Shown here: piece after piece, positions 28,907 to 38,536 of the stretch | How positions within the stretch are numbered: position 1 is the stretch's first letter | How the letters are laid out: every line of letters begins with the position of its first letter | Origin: Oligoflexia bacterium | GTDB lineage: Bacteria > Bdellovibrionota > Bdellovibrionia > JABDDW01 | Direction: 5' to 3' | DNA: 64,000 bases | Assembly: GCA_023250675.1 (NCBI GenBank) | Contig: JAHFAE010000004.1 | Span: forward strand, 120 to 64,119 | Position numbers and translations under genes: made by a program | The notes under the pieces: model-generated | Database searches by the model: none | Seen by the model: only the letters and a program-made list of their open reading frames with translations | What the model was told of the DNA's origin: nothing

Positions 28907-29994
28907 AAAACCAGTTCACTGAGCTTTACATTCACGATTCAGTATGGAATTCAGAGGTCGCAAAAAGAACAAGAAGCCTCTTAAAAGTTTCTGCCATTCG
29001 AGTTGATTCAAAACCTTATGCTGATCAAAGATCGCAATTATCAGGCGACGAGTTTACGAAATCTAAGAAAAGACTATATCTGGCACCCCACTTAGGTCAG
29101 TTTTTTCGAAAATGCCCAGGCACTCAAGGGGCTGCGTGTTGTAATTACTTTGTTTTAAATTTGGGTGTTCAGTGCAATATGAACTGCAGTTACTGTTACC
29201 TGCAATCTTACATCAATTCCCCGCTGAGCCAAATTTACACTAATATTGAAGAAGCTCTTTTTGAGCTTGAAGGTAAAGCACGTGAATTTCCCAATGCACC
29301 GTTTAGAGTGGGAACAGGCGAAACAATTGATTCATTAAGCCTTGATGATTTGACACTTTATTCAGCTGTGGTAGTTCGATGGTTTCAAAACTTTCCCAAA
29401 CTTACTTGTGAATTTAAAACAAAATCGGCCAATATAAAAAATTTCATTAACTTGCCCCATTCAGGAAATGTCGTCGTCAGTTTTTCGGTGAACCCAGAAA
29501 AAATTGTCGAAGCCGAAGAACATGAAACTGCAAGACTTTGGCAGCGACTCAAAGCGGCTCGTGATGCCGCTGATGCGGGCTTTCCCGTGGCATTTCATTT
29601 TGATCCCATGATTTATGTATCTGGTTGGCAAAAACTATACTCAGAGCTCGTGCATTTAATTTGCAGTCTCTTTGAACCACTTGAGGTCAAATGGATCAGC
29701 GTTGGCGCTTTAAGATTTCCACCTCAAATGAAGCATATTTTACGCGAAAGATTTGGTGGAGATTCGATCGGGAATAGTTCTGAGCTTTTTTTGGGAAAAG
29801 ACGGCAAACTTCGCTACGATCTTGGCTTAAGAACCAAGATGTTTACACATGTCAAAGATGAGTTTCTAGAACATGGCAAAAAATTTCCTGTATTTTTATG
29901 TATGGAAACTCCTGAATCCTGGCTCGGTACTTTTCAAAACACTCCTCGGAAAGTAAAAGGTCTAGATGAATTATTCGTTGCGATGCCAAGTTAG
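28894..29994 (+). CDS. Spore photoproduct lyase-family radical SAM enzyme
   Basis: CxxxCxxC (CNMNCSYC)YLQ, GE..DSL.LD, EFKTKS, SFSVNP, FHFDPM, YLCME-like FLCME; probable GTG start 28894. Confidence 0.85.
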   Translation: MGSLENQFTELYIHDSVWNSEVAKRTRSLLKVSAIRVDSKPYADQRSQLSGDEFTKSKKRLYLAPHLGQFFRKCPGTQGAACCNYFVLNLGVQCNMNCSYCYLQSYINSPLSQIYTNIEEALFELEGKAREFPNAPFRVGTGETIDSLSLDDLTLYSAVVVRWFQNFPKLTCEFKTKSANIKNFINLPHSGNVVVSFSVNPEKIVEAEEHETARLWQRLKAARDAADAGFPVAFHFDPMIYVSGWQKLYSELVHLICSLFEPLEVKWISVGALRFPPQMKHILRERFGGDSIGNSSELFLGKDGKLRYDLGLRTKMFTHVKDEFLEHGKKFPVFLCMETPESWLGTFQNTPRKVKGLDELFVAMPS

Positions 29995-30503
29995 CTTGGG
30001 TTTTTGGCCCAAACCCCATTACCTGCAAAACCGGTATCTGCATTGAGAACATTCCAGTAAACCTTTGCATTGGGGGCCGGATTGTTAAAGTCTGAATCCG
30101 TCGGCATATTTGAACAACCTGAGGCGACGAAATCAATAATAAAGATGTTTTGAGTACCGTCTCTTTGGTTACTCCATGCATAAGCTAAAATATCTCTGGG
30201 AATTCTCGTCGGACCAGATTTGAGAAAAAATCCCCAACGAGGGTCTTTCAGTTGAAGTGCTCTTACAACGGTAAAGAGAAAATCATTGACCAGTGGTTTC
30301 CCAATACAATCATGAATTAAACTTGGATTCGTATTTGAGAGATATTCTACGAGAGCTTCTTCGTTGGGTGGTCCATTGTTGAAGAGGTTCTCAGGAGTGA
30401 CGGCCGTAGGCTGAGCTTGCGTAAGACCGTTGAATCTAAAAGCCTTATTGCACCCACTATTCACGATCCAAATGCAGAATATAGCTAAAAAGAGCAATTT
30501 CAT
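29991..30503 (-). CDS. Hypothetical lipoprotein
   Basis: Lipobox NSGC; conserved-looking FL..VV..L...DPRWG...K.G...DI.AY...IDF motif. Confidence 0.6.
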   Translation of the reverse strand: MKLLFLAIFCIWIVNSGCNKAFRFNGLTQAQPTAVTPENLFNNGPPNEEALVEYLSNTNPSLIHDCIGKPLVNDFLFTVVRALQLKDPRWGFFLKSGPTRIPRDILAYAWSNQRDGTQNIFIIDFVASGCSNMPTDSDFNNPAPNAKVYWNVLNADTGFAGNGVWAKNPS

Positions 30504-30715
30504 TAATTCATGGTAATAAGCAATCTATGCCAACTCTTAGCTCCGTTTAAGTGACAGTTTTTTGACTAGGACTCATGTATGTGATGAACAAATAATGTCA
30601 CCCCCTCTACGACCAGTCCTTAGAGCTAACTCTGATAAAGCCCAATGTATTTTATTGGGCCTAAGTCGCCGCCCTTCTGGCCTCAAAAGTGGCCGCCCCA
30701 TAGACGATAAGTAGG

Positions 30716-32629
30716 GTGATGAAAATCTTCTCAAATTTCAATAGTCAACGGGCGACCAATGCATCATTAAGTTTGCTAATTTTAATTTTCATACTTCAAG
30801 GTGGCTGTCATCCTAAGTCAGAAATTTCGCCTCCTTCTTTACCATCAACGCCAGATTCGACGCCACCTCACTTGGAACCTCCAGGAACTGGCTCCAATGA
30901 TTCTGGTAACCCAACCCAGCGTAAGGCTGCTTGCAGCACCGCTGGAGCTTGGGTTGACCACGCCGAAAGCGAATACGTCGTTAATTTAGAAGCAGTTAAC
31001 GGCAAGTTTATTGTCGCTGAATGTGGAGGCGATGACTTTGGCGTGGTGAATGCAAATCGAACCGTGGCTGGCGAATGGGAGGCCTTTTATCTTAGACCAT
31101 TGGATGACGGAAACTATAGCATCAAATCTAGTCATGGCCGATATTTAAGTGCAGAATTAGGAGGTGGTGGGGAGCTTCACGCGAATCGAAACCAACGAGG
31201 TCCTTGGGAGACTTTTCAAGTTCAGGGCCAATTGAGCGACGGTGCCACTATTGCCCTCAAATCTTTCGATGGCAAACATTTTGTTTCTGCAAGAATTGAT
31301 TCTGAACAAGGTAAAGTATCTAGTGAAGCACCTGCTTTGGGGCCGTGGGAGCAAATCAAAGTCCATTTGATTCATTCTCCGGTGAAACAGCGCCATGGCA
31401 TTGTTCATGGTGAGGGTCGATCATTTGTCGATGACGACGGCTCGTTTTACCCATTAGGTGCCACTCTATTTTGGGCTTTAAGGGGATGGAAGTTTGAACA
31501 ACCAAGACTCAAACAAAACTTGGAATTTTTAGCAAATCATCACTACGATTACGTTCGAATCTTGGGTGAAGTATCTTGGGTTGGGAACGAAATTGACCCA
31601 GATTGGTCAGACTATCAAAAAAATCTTGGCGAGTTTTTAGATTTTGCTTACGATAGATATGGATTAAGATCGGAGATTACACTCATTGGTGGCGGCCATG
31701 AAGCTCAAGCGATGGCCCTTGCTGAAAAAATAACCTCGGTAGTTAAATCTGGAAGAGAACACAAAATTTTAGATTTTGAAGTAGCTAACGAATCCTATGG
31801 TCGACATATCACTATAGACGAAATGAGAAAAATTGGCCGCTATCTACGTCAAAATTTTCCAAAACATCTCGTTGCCATTTCCTCCGGCGAAGGCACGAAT
31901 TCGTATATGACTCCCACGACCGATTGGCGCACTGACTTTGTAAATGTCTTTATGCAACTCGGTAGCGCAAATTTGGCAACCATTCACATGGATCGCGGTT
32001 TTGGGGATTTCGGTTGGCGCGCAATTAGGCAACCGTGGGATTGGAAGGATTTTCCTTTCCCAGTCTCCCACAACGAACCTATAGGGCCCCGATCAAGTGT
32101 GGCCGAAGAAGTTGATCCAGTAAGATTAGCCATGCTCAGGGCTGTCGGAATTATCAATGGAGTGAGTGCGTTTGTACTTCACAATGGATCAGGAGTGACC
32201 GGTCAAATTGATCTGAGTCGCAACCGCCCCGCCAATCTTTGGGAAGTTCCAGGAATAGACGGTATTATGAAAGCAGTTCGCGACGTTGATACACTACTTC
32301 CACCTAGAGCTGGAGAAGGTAATCACTGGAACAATGGTTGGCCCGGAGCTCCATTTAATGTAGATGGATTTTGGGCCAGTGGGTCTGACCATGGTGTGAA
32401 TCGAAATTACACCGCGTCTACTTCTGACGGCTGGATTTCAACAGCGAGTGGAGTTAAAGATTACGTCGTATTCACCGCCTCTAGGAATAGTCTCGTTGAC
32501 GTATTTGACGTATTGAAAGGGAAAGTGCAGGAGGTGGAATTAAAAGCCAATGAGACTTTTAAACTAACACCCTTTTCTCGAGACAACTATGGTTTTGGCG
32601 CCTTTATTATTGTTGGTCATTACCGATAG
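30716..32629 (+). CDS. Lipoprotein: fascin-like beta-trefoil + clan GH-A-like TIM-barrel glycoside hydrolase domain
   Basis: Lipobox QGGC; three G.WE.F repeats (GEWEAF, GPWETF, GPWEQI); FEVANES and HNEP at the expected acid/base and nucleophile positions. Confidence 0.6.
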   Translation: MMKIFSNFNSQRATNASLSLLILIFILQGGCHPKSEISPPSLPSTPDSTPPHLEPPGTGSNDSGNPTQRKAACSTAGAWVDHAESEYVVNLEAVNGKFIVAECGGDDFGVVNANRTVAGEWEAFYLRPLDDGNYSIKSSHGRYLSAELGGGGELHANRNQRGPWETFQVQGQLSDGATIALKSFDGKHFVSARIDSEQGKVSSEAPALGPWEQIKVHLIHSPVKQRHGIVHGEGRSFVDDDGSFYPLGATLFWALRGWKFEQPRLKQNLEFLANHHYDYVRILGEVSWVGNEIDPDWSDYQKNLGEFLDFAYDRYGLRSEITLIGGGHEAQAMALAEKITSVVKSGREHKILDFEVANESYGRHITIDEMRKIGRYLRQNFPKHLVAISSGEGTNSYMTPTTDWRTDFVNVFMQLGSANLATIHMDRGFGDFGWRAIRQPWDWKDFPFPVSHNEPIGPRSSVAEEVDPVRLAMLRAVGIINGVSAFVLHNGSGVTGQIDLSRNRPANLWEVPGIDGIMKAVRDVDTLLPPRAGEGNHWNNGWPGAPFNVDGFWASGSDHGVNRNYTASTSDGWISTASGVKDYVVFTASRNSLVDVFDVLKGKVQEVELKANETFKLTPFSRDNYGFGAFIIVGHYR

Positions 32630-32683
32630 TCTTGGTTTAATATCGTTGCAAAATATTGATGACCCTTTCTAAAATAGAATACG

Positions 32684-33628
32684 ATGATAAAATTTATGAT
32701 TTCAGTCATTGTGATCCATTTGTTTTCACTCTCCGTGTGCGGTGAAAATCTCAATCTTTTACGCCGTTGGGTTGTATTTCCCTTTGATTCAGAAGAGGGC
32801 CTTAAAACTTCTGCGGATAATGCCTGGTGGAAGTGCCGAGAGCGAATCACCGATAAGAAGAAATACCTGGTGGCCAGCCGCCAGTTCCTAGTGCAAAAAG
32901 ATGTGTTCCAACCCCGGCGCTCCTTAAGGCCTGAAGATGTTAAATTATTAGCTCACCTCCTTGATGCTGATATAATTGTGACTGGTTTTAGTGAGCACCG
33001 CCAATTTACCTTAAATGTTTATCTTGCTCAAAATGGCCAACTTTTTTGGACAAAGCATATGAACTTTCATCCAAGTTTACGTGCAGCCGATCAGTTAGAA
33101 CTTATTAGTGATAAGTTAACTCAAGAATTTATGAATGCTATTCCTTACCAAGCTTTTACGTTGCTTGATCCCTTAATTGGCAAGCCTGTTTACACTGAAA
33201 GTGAGAAAAAATATGCAGCAATTGATACGGGACTGACCGAAGATGTAGCGGTAGGGACCGATGTCCAGTGGGTTCAAATTCAATTGCCAGAAAATTCCCC
33301 CGGCGATCCGAGTTTAAGCACATCCAAAATTGAAATTGTTGGTGAAGGTCGCATTGTAAAATATAAACGTGGCGTTGGTACCGTAGAAATATTGCGAGCA
33401 AAGTCTATGGAACTCATTTCTGAACGGGCCCTGGTTCGAATCCCCAGCATTGCCGACAAGATTGCCCAGAGCTATGTGGCTACCACTGATCCCAACGAGC
33501 GACTGGCTCCTGAAATTTTGCCGACCATCATTAATCCTGTGAGCCCTGAATCTACTTCGGCTAAAAAGAACACTATGATATTCGGGAGTATTTTGAGCGT
33601 ATTGGGTATATTGGCGCTGGCGTTTTGA
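32684..33628 (+). CDS. Exported hypothetical protein with CsgG/TolB-N-like and FlgT-C-like segments and C-terminal TM
   Basis: Signal peptide; WVVFPF...LLDADIIVTG...; AAIDTG...VGT....G.GRIV. Confidence 0.45.
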   Translation: MIKFMISVIVIHLFSLSVCGENLNLLRRWVVFPFDSEEGLKTSADNAWWKCRERITDKKKYLVASRQFLVQKDVFQPRRSLRPEDVKLLAHLLDADIIVTGFSEHRQFTLNVYLAQNGQLFWTKHMNFHPSLRAADQLELISDKLTQEFMNAIPYQAFTLLDPLIGKPVYTESEKKYAAIDTGLTEDVAVGTDVQWVQIQLPENSPGDPSLSTSKIEIVGEGRIVKYKRGVGTVEILRAKSMELISERALVRIPSIADKIAQSYVATTDPNERLAPEILPTIINPVSPESTSAKKNTMIFGSILSVLGILALAF

Positions 33629-33673
33629 TTGGGCTTGGTAAATCTTATTCTCAAGTTTTTCCTTTGCTAGACA

Positions 33674-33994
33674 ATGGACAAGAAAATCACCGAGTATTGG
33701 AATGAGTTTATAAAAACAAGGCCTCTTAATGTTCGACCGACAAGATATTCTGCATGGGCGTTTGGGAACACACCTGAAATGAACGATAAATTAGGTAATT
33801 TGGTTTTGCATGGACCTAAACGAGCCACGACATCTCTTAAGTGGATCTATGAGAGATTTCCAAATGAAAAGAAGCCTGGGGTTGGCGATTACAATGTAAT
33901 ATTAAATTCATCAGGTGAGCCCTTTTGTACATATTTAAAAAGGTATAGAAGAATGGCCCAGCTTGCATTGTGTATGCATCGCTGGGCTTTTTAG
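33674..33994 (+). pseudogene. Truncated ASCH-domain protein
   Basis: AWAFG....DKL..LVL.G.KRATTS...E..P.VGD..VIL...GEP.C is the ASCH N-half; the C-half (EGEGD.SL..WR..H) is missing after ~33930. Confidence 0.75.
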
Positions 33995-34237
33995 TTGCTA
34001 CAGGTGAAGGAATACCTCCTGATCCGGAGGTGCTTTATGAGAAGACCCCTAAGATGTCTTCTTCATCGGAAGATCACCAAATTGCTAAAGAAAAACTCGA
34101 CCTTAATCATGATTTTTCTCCGTTTAGCAGAGTTGGTTTTAAGAGTCTTTTTTTCACACTAGGGCTTAATGCGGATTATCTGCGGCAGTCTCATTCTATT
34201 ACGGATGACGGCTAGGAGGCCCGGCTTATCATCAAAC

Positions 34238-34259
34238 AATCTCGTCTAAAAAAGTGAAA
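34238..34259 (+). repeat. 22-bp direct repeat, copy 1
   Basis: aatctcgtctaaaaaagtgaaa, identical at 34586-34607. Confidence 0.8.
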
Positions 34260-34329
34260 TAATCTTACTTCTACAATCCTTAAGGAAAGTTTGTGTAAGG
34301 AAATTTCAGTTTTTTCAATGGAACGGTTT

Positions 34330-34374
34330 GGGCGGCTGGCCGGCACCACATGAAAGGTCCCAAGGCCGCCGCCC
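34330..34374. repeat. 45-nt GC-rich REP-like hairpin
   Basis: GGGCGGCTGGCCGGCACCACATGAAAGGTCCCAAGGCCGCCGCCC, 40/45 identical to 48481-48525. Confidence 0.8.
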
Positions 34375-34585
34375 CCTCCCAAATTCTAGCTCTAAGGGAC
34401 TTCTTTTTTGCTCCGTATTTGACGAAATTTGGTGAAGACATCTAATATTCATTCAATATGAAAATTGATTTACCCAATGGAATTCCATTATTTCTTAGAG
34501 CTCCCCCGAATGACAATTCCGTCTGGGCATATGCATCTATTGAATGAGCTGGCTGGTACGATTTCTGTAATAATTTCCATTTAAA

Positions 34586-34607
34586 AATCTCGTCTAAAAA
34601 AGTGAAA
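34586..34607 (+). repeat. 22-bp direct repeat, copy 2, just upstream of a sigma-54 site
   Basis: Identical to 34238-34259. Confidence 0.8.
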
Positions 34608-34618
34608 AAAGATCAAAG

Positions 34619-34634
34619 TGGCCTCACTTTTGCT
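34619..34634 (+). promoter_or_regulatory. Sigma-54 promoter
   Basis: TGGCCTCACTTTTGCT, GG-N10-GC, upstream of gene 34733. Confidence 0.6.
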
Positions 34635-34732
34635 GTTTGAATAAGGTCACTATTCTAAATGAGGACATTTGCTTAGGGATTCAATCCCTCTGTAATAAAT
34701 ACTGAAACGTCAGTTTACTGACAGGAGCTATT

Positions 34733-35140
34733 ATGAGGATTTTTTTATTTAGTTTTCTTATACTATTGAGCACAGCGACGGCTTTTGGTAGCCAATTAGT
34801 CTGCGATTACGCTCAAGTCACTGGTACCCAAACAGGTGACTTAGTGAGTGTTAAGCTATTTAAAATAGGGATGTTCAAGGTGGATCTCGAAACTCTCACT
34901 CCTAATGGCGTAACACATTCTGCCGAACTGGGCGGTGTTCAATTCAAGGTGCATGGACCCGCGTCTTCAAGCCTTAATGGAATGGTTTATGTTGTTGTTA
35001 GCAATGATGCAGCAGAGTCTTCGAGCTCAGGCCTGGCTACATTGACCGACTCCACAAAAACCATTAACACCGGGTTGACCTCCAAGTTGCCAAATTCCGA
35101 TATAATATACAGTGATATTAGCTGCTACATTAAGAAATAA
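34733..35140 (+). CDS. Small exported hypothetical protein
   Basis: RBS AGGAG; signal ...STATAFG; two Cys (N- and C-terminal). Confidence 0.7.
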   Translation: MRIFLFSFLILLSTATAFGSQLVCDYAQVTGTQTGDLVSVKLFKIGMFKVDLETLTPNGVTHSAELGGVQFKVHGPASSSLNGMVYVVVSNDAAESSSSGLATLTDSTKTINTGLTSKLPNSDIIYSDISCYIKK

Positions 35141-35232
35141 ATTTTAATTGAATAGACCTACGCCAACCGTTTGGTCATCTAAAAATAAATCTTGGCCGAC
35201 CCGGGATAAAGTGACCAGGAGTTCTCTTCCTC

Positions 35233-35263
35233 GGGTTTGAGTTTATATTGTAAACTCAAACCC
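35233..35263. terminator. Perfect 13-bp hairpin between convergent genes
   Basis: GGGTTTGAGTTTA-TATTG-TAAACTCAAACCC; no clear U-tract. Confidence 0.45.
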
Positions 35264-35395
35264 TAATATGTGACCGAGGGTATAGTACCGACACTGCTGT
35301 ATGGATTATCGAGACCCATTAAACGCTGAGTTTGTTAATAAAAGAAAAGAAAATCCTTACAAAGCAACAGATGGATCACAAATTTGGTTACAAGC

Positions 35396-36289
35396 CTAAT
35401 ACAGCTCCGGATTTTTCACGGGAAACTCAATCCACCCATCCCGCAGCGGAAAATCCTTAGGGGGCTTTTCACATTGATCTTTGAATTTTAAAAAGCCAGT
35501 GAAGGCACAGACAAACGCATCAAAGCTGTTACAGTTTTCAATAAGCTTATTGAAATCTTGCTGGTAAATAAAAACTAAATCTCTTTTCACCATGTGCTGC
35601 AAAATCACTTGGCGGCTTTCATCACCACCGACTTGGTGTTTATAGTGCAAAAGATGACTTTTATTTATTTTCATCCCCTGACCCATGCGCACCAATGAAA
35701 GCTTGGGATAGACTTCGATAATACTCATTTGACTTGGCAAACGACGCTTTAAGAAATGAGCCCGCGCTGTTAGTGGAGCGATATTGGCCCCTAAAGTTTC
35801 CATGGGATTCAACGCTTCTTCTATCTCTGTGGCAATATACATCTCAGCCGCGCGCTGGGTATAGGGAGTGAAAAGTTTAGCTCGAGGTTTCTTTTTAATA
35901 TTTTTTCGATGTTGCTTCCACATCCATGCAATTTCTTTTTCTTTACAGTTTTCATAGCCGGGGCAAGCCAATCGACATCGAATGCATTTGGGAAAACCCA
36001 TAGGTGCATCAATACAGAGATATTCTAAATTTTGGCGATGCTCCATGATGATTTCATAGAGCGCAAGATCGGCTGAAGTTTCATTTTCTTGCTGAATATT
36101 TTCATAGATGTGAGTGAGAAATAATTTATTTTGGCCCACGTAGTAGTCCAATACGGCAAGGCTCGTGCGATCATTTTTGCCTCCGCTTAAGTCTAAACCA
36201 ATAAATCGGTAGACCTTTAGCTTGTTTTGATCTCTAGCCCCACCGCTGTGGGCTTGGCTGCTAGAACTTGAAACCCTTCTTGCCGACAT
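35396..36289 (-). CDS. DUF429 (RNase H-like fold) protein
   Basis: FIGLDLSGG, LCIDAP.GFP, R.AE, IIEVYP, FDAFVCA. Confidence 0.8.
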   Translation of the reverse strand: MSARRVSSSSSQAHSGGARDQNKLKVYRFIGLDLSGGKNDRTSLAVLDYYVGQNKLFLTHIYENIQQENETSADLALYEIIMEHRQNLEYLCIDAPMGFPKCIRCRLACPGYENCKEKEIAWMWKQHRKNIKKKPRAKLFTPYTQRAAEMYIATEIEEALNPMETLGANIAPLTARAHFLKRRLPSQMSIIEVYPKLSLVRMGQGMKINKSHLLHYKHQVGGDESRQVILQHMVKRDLVFIYQQDFNKLIENCNSFDAFVCAFTGFLKFKDQCEKPPKDFPLRDGWIEFPVKNPELY

Positions 36290-37139
36290 TGGTTCTCCAC
36301 ATTTTTCTTTTTATCGGGAGGACACCATAAAAATGCACATCCTCCACCCCCTGCCCCGCAAATTTTTAGAGCCATGGCACCAGCTTTTAACCCTACGGCT
36401 CTCAATCGTTCAATTTCAGGACTCGTAAATACTTTTGAAAGACCTACTCGAGCATGAAACTCTTGGTCAAAGAGTTTGCCAAAGTTAGATAAATTGCCAT
36501 TACCGCACGCTTCGGCCAATTATTAAGACCCGAATGATGAGGCCGGCCTGTGTAAACCAAAACAAAATATTTTTCAAATTCTGAAAGATCCATATCTATG
36601 GCCGAACGCTTAGGGCCCAGTTCAGTGAGGTCAATGCGGTTTAAACCCCCAAAAAGAGCCGGAAAATAATCTTGGCACCCCGTAGGTGTTTGAATAACCC
36701 GGGCCTCTAAGTTCCCTGCTAATGTGACGATTTGCTCTGTTGTTAATTTTCGGCCTGTTAAAGTAGAAAAAGCACCACAGAGACTAATATTAAGACTTGA
36801 ACTGGCGGCTATACCAGCACCAATGGGAGATTCAGATTGGGTGTGTAGTTCAAAACCGGTCTTGGGCTTCCAAAATTCTACATGAACTCTCAAAAGATGT
36901 AAATCATGGTCTTTACCCTCAGGCACCTCATGAATATTCTTGTAAACCTTTTCAACTTTCGTATCTTGGCTAGATAAAATAATTTTCTCGTCTTGCCTCG
37001 GGATCAAAGTAACTCGGGTATAAATATTAATGGCCAAATTAACTGTGACACAATTTTTATGAAAGACGTACAAAGGCCAGAGATCAAGGGTCCCCCCCGC
37101 AAGATCAATTCGTGTGGGACTCACCGCTTCAATTTTCAC
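36217..37139 (-). pseudogene. GHMP kinase (HddA/galactokinase-like) split by a frameshifting deletion
   Basis: 5' ORF: SPTRIDLAGGTLD, P.GAGIAASS, GCQDY, YTGRPHHSGLNNW; 3' ORF in another frame: KICGAGGGGC. Frames meet at AAT-TGG / TTG-GCC near 36517. Confidence 0.85.
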
Positions 37140-38536
37140 GGCTTCTTTTTTTCTGGTGCAGGGGAGCTCGATGCAGGAGTTTTGGTCTCAATCATGGTTT
37201 GTCCCGGGAACGAATCAACAAGACTCTTTTCAACTCCATAGACATCTTTAGATTTATTGGGCTGTACAAAATAACTCTTCTTAGATTTAGTACCCTCACC
37301 CCATCTCATGGTAAAAAGTGACTTACCCGATTTATCCATTAAAATCACCGAACCCTTGGGGGGATTTAGGCCTTGAGGTTTTTCACCATCCAAGAATTCC
37401 GAAACTTTTAATGTGGTCAATTTGTCGATAAAAGTAGTCACCTGAATCTGGCTCACCTGTTTTTGGGGATTAGGTTGGGCAAGATCCCAGTTTTCTCCTT
37501 TTTTTAATAAATCCACATCGACAAGTCCCGTTTTCAAAATAATTTCACCGATGTCGTCTTTATTAAATAAAAAAGCTGACCTCTTGTCTCGAAAGTCATC
37601 GGCCTTGTGAACAAATTGCTCAGAGCTTGATGCAAAGATCTGGTATACAGTTTTTGTAGAACCGATAGAAACATAAACATTGTTATCTTTTTTAGGACTA
37701 AACTTTAACGTCTCAAGAGATTTTGCGCCTTCACCTGCAAGTTGAATTATAATTTCAGGATCACTCAGTCCAAATTGTTTCATTTCACTGGCATCATCAG
37801 ATTTCTCAGAGGCAAAATCATTAGCTCTTAAATTTTCAATTGCCGTTAAGAGACCTTGCACCGTTTCTGAATCTGATTTTTCTGAATCTGAACCTGCCAT
37901 AAACCATTCTGACTTCTTTTTATCTAGAACTATTTTAAAGTCCCCATCTTTTTTATGATACTTCAACGAAATTTGTGAAATATCAGAACTTGTCTTTCTA
38001 AAAATCTTTTTATCCCTTAAATCTTTTAAGGACTTATCAACTTGATTTTTAAGGGCAGAGTTCCCGTACAAAACTTTTTTCTCAGCATCACGCTGCAAAT
38101 AAATTTTACCTCGAATGGCTCCTTCACTGCCAAAACTCACCTTTTTTACAGACCCATCTTTTAATGTGAGGGCCATTGACATTTTGGGTTTGTCTAGTTC
38201 AAAGGGTTTTAAATCTGCGTCGCCTTCGGCCACCACCTCATCGTACTTCTCAGTTGTTGCTGAAGTTAAAAGTGAAGAAACACCGTAGTCATCGGCTAGA
38301 TCATGGACTGGTTCTGTGATTTGCCATGCGCCTTTGTCGTCTTTTTCTAATTTAATTTTGCCCTTGGGATTTACAAGTTCAACGGCCTTGACCTTGTCTG
38401 ATTCGGCATTAATAATTCTTTCATTGGCCTCTTTGGTAGCTTCGTCATTTTGGGCCTTTTTAATTTCTACCAAATAGATATAGGCCCCCAAGGCCAAAGC
38501 GAGGGCCGCAAATATCCACGTGGATTTAAACTTCAT
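37136..38536 (-). CDS. DUF4340 domain protein (tandem domains)
   Basis: N-terminal anchor; repeated W.....P....AD......L...L..L...F....L..FGL..P; DLRDK/DFRDK motifs; follows GldG-like gene. Confidence 0.85.
   Translation of the reverse strand: MKFKSTWIFAALALALGAYIYLVEIKKAQNDEATKEANERIINAESDKVKAVELVNPKGKIKLEKDDKGAWQITEPVHDLADDYGVSSLLTSATTEKYDEVVAEGDADLKPFELDKPKMSMALTLKDGSVKKVSFGSEGAIRGKIYLQRDAEKKVLYGNSALKNQVDKSLKDLRDKKIFRKTSSDISQISLKYHKKDGDFKIVLDKKKSEWFMAGSDSEKSDSETVQGLLTAIENLRANDFASEKSDDASEMKQFGLSDPEIIIQLAGEGAKSLETLKFSPKKDNNVYVSIGSTKTVYQIFASSSEQFVHKADDFRDKRSAFLFNKDDIGEIILKTGLVDVDLLKKGENWDLAQPNPQKQVSQIQVTTFIDKLTTLKVSEFLDGEKPQGLNPPKGSVILMDKSGKSLFTMRWGEGTKSKKSYFVQPNKSKDVYGVEKSLVDSFPGQTMIETKTPASSSPAPEKKKP

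Noticed and set aside
30519-30532. TGGCATAGATTGC as a sigma-54 promoter
   Set aside because: GG-to-GC spacing is 8 nt, not the required 10
33970-34215. 81-aa ORF as the missing ASCH C-terminus
   Set aside because: No EGEGD..L..WR..H motif; unrelated fragment
36490-36530. Programmed ribosomal frameshift in the GHMP kinase
   Set aside because: No slippery heptamer at the junction, and sequence appears to be missing rather than merely shifted
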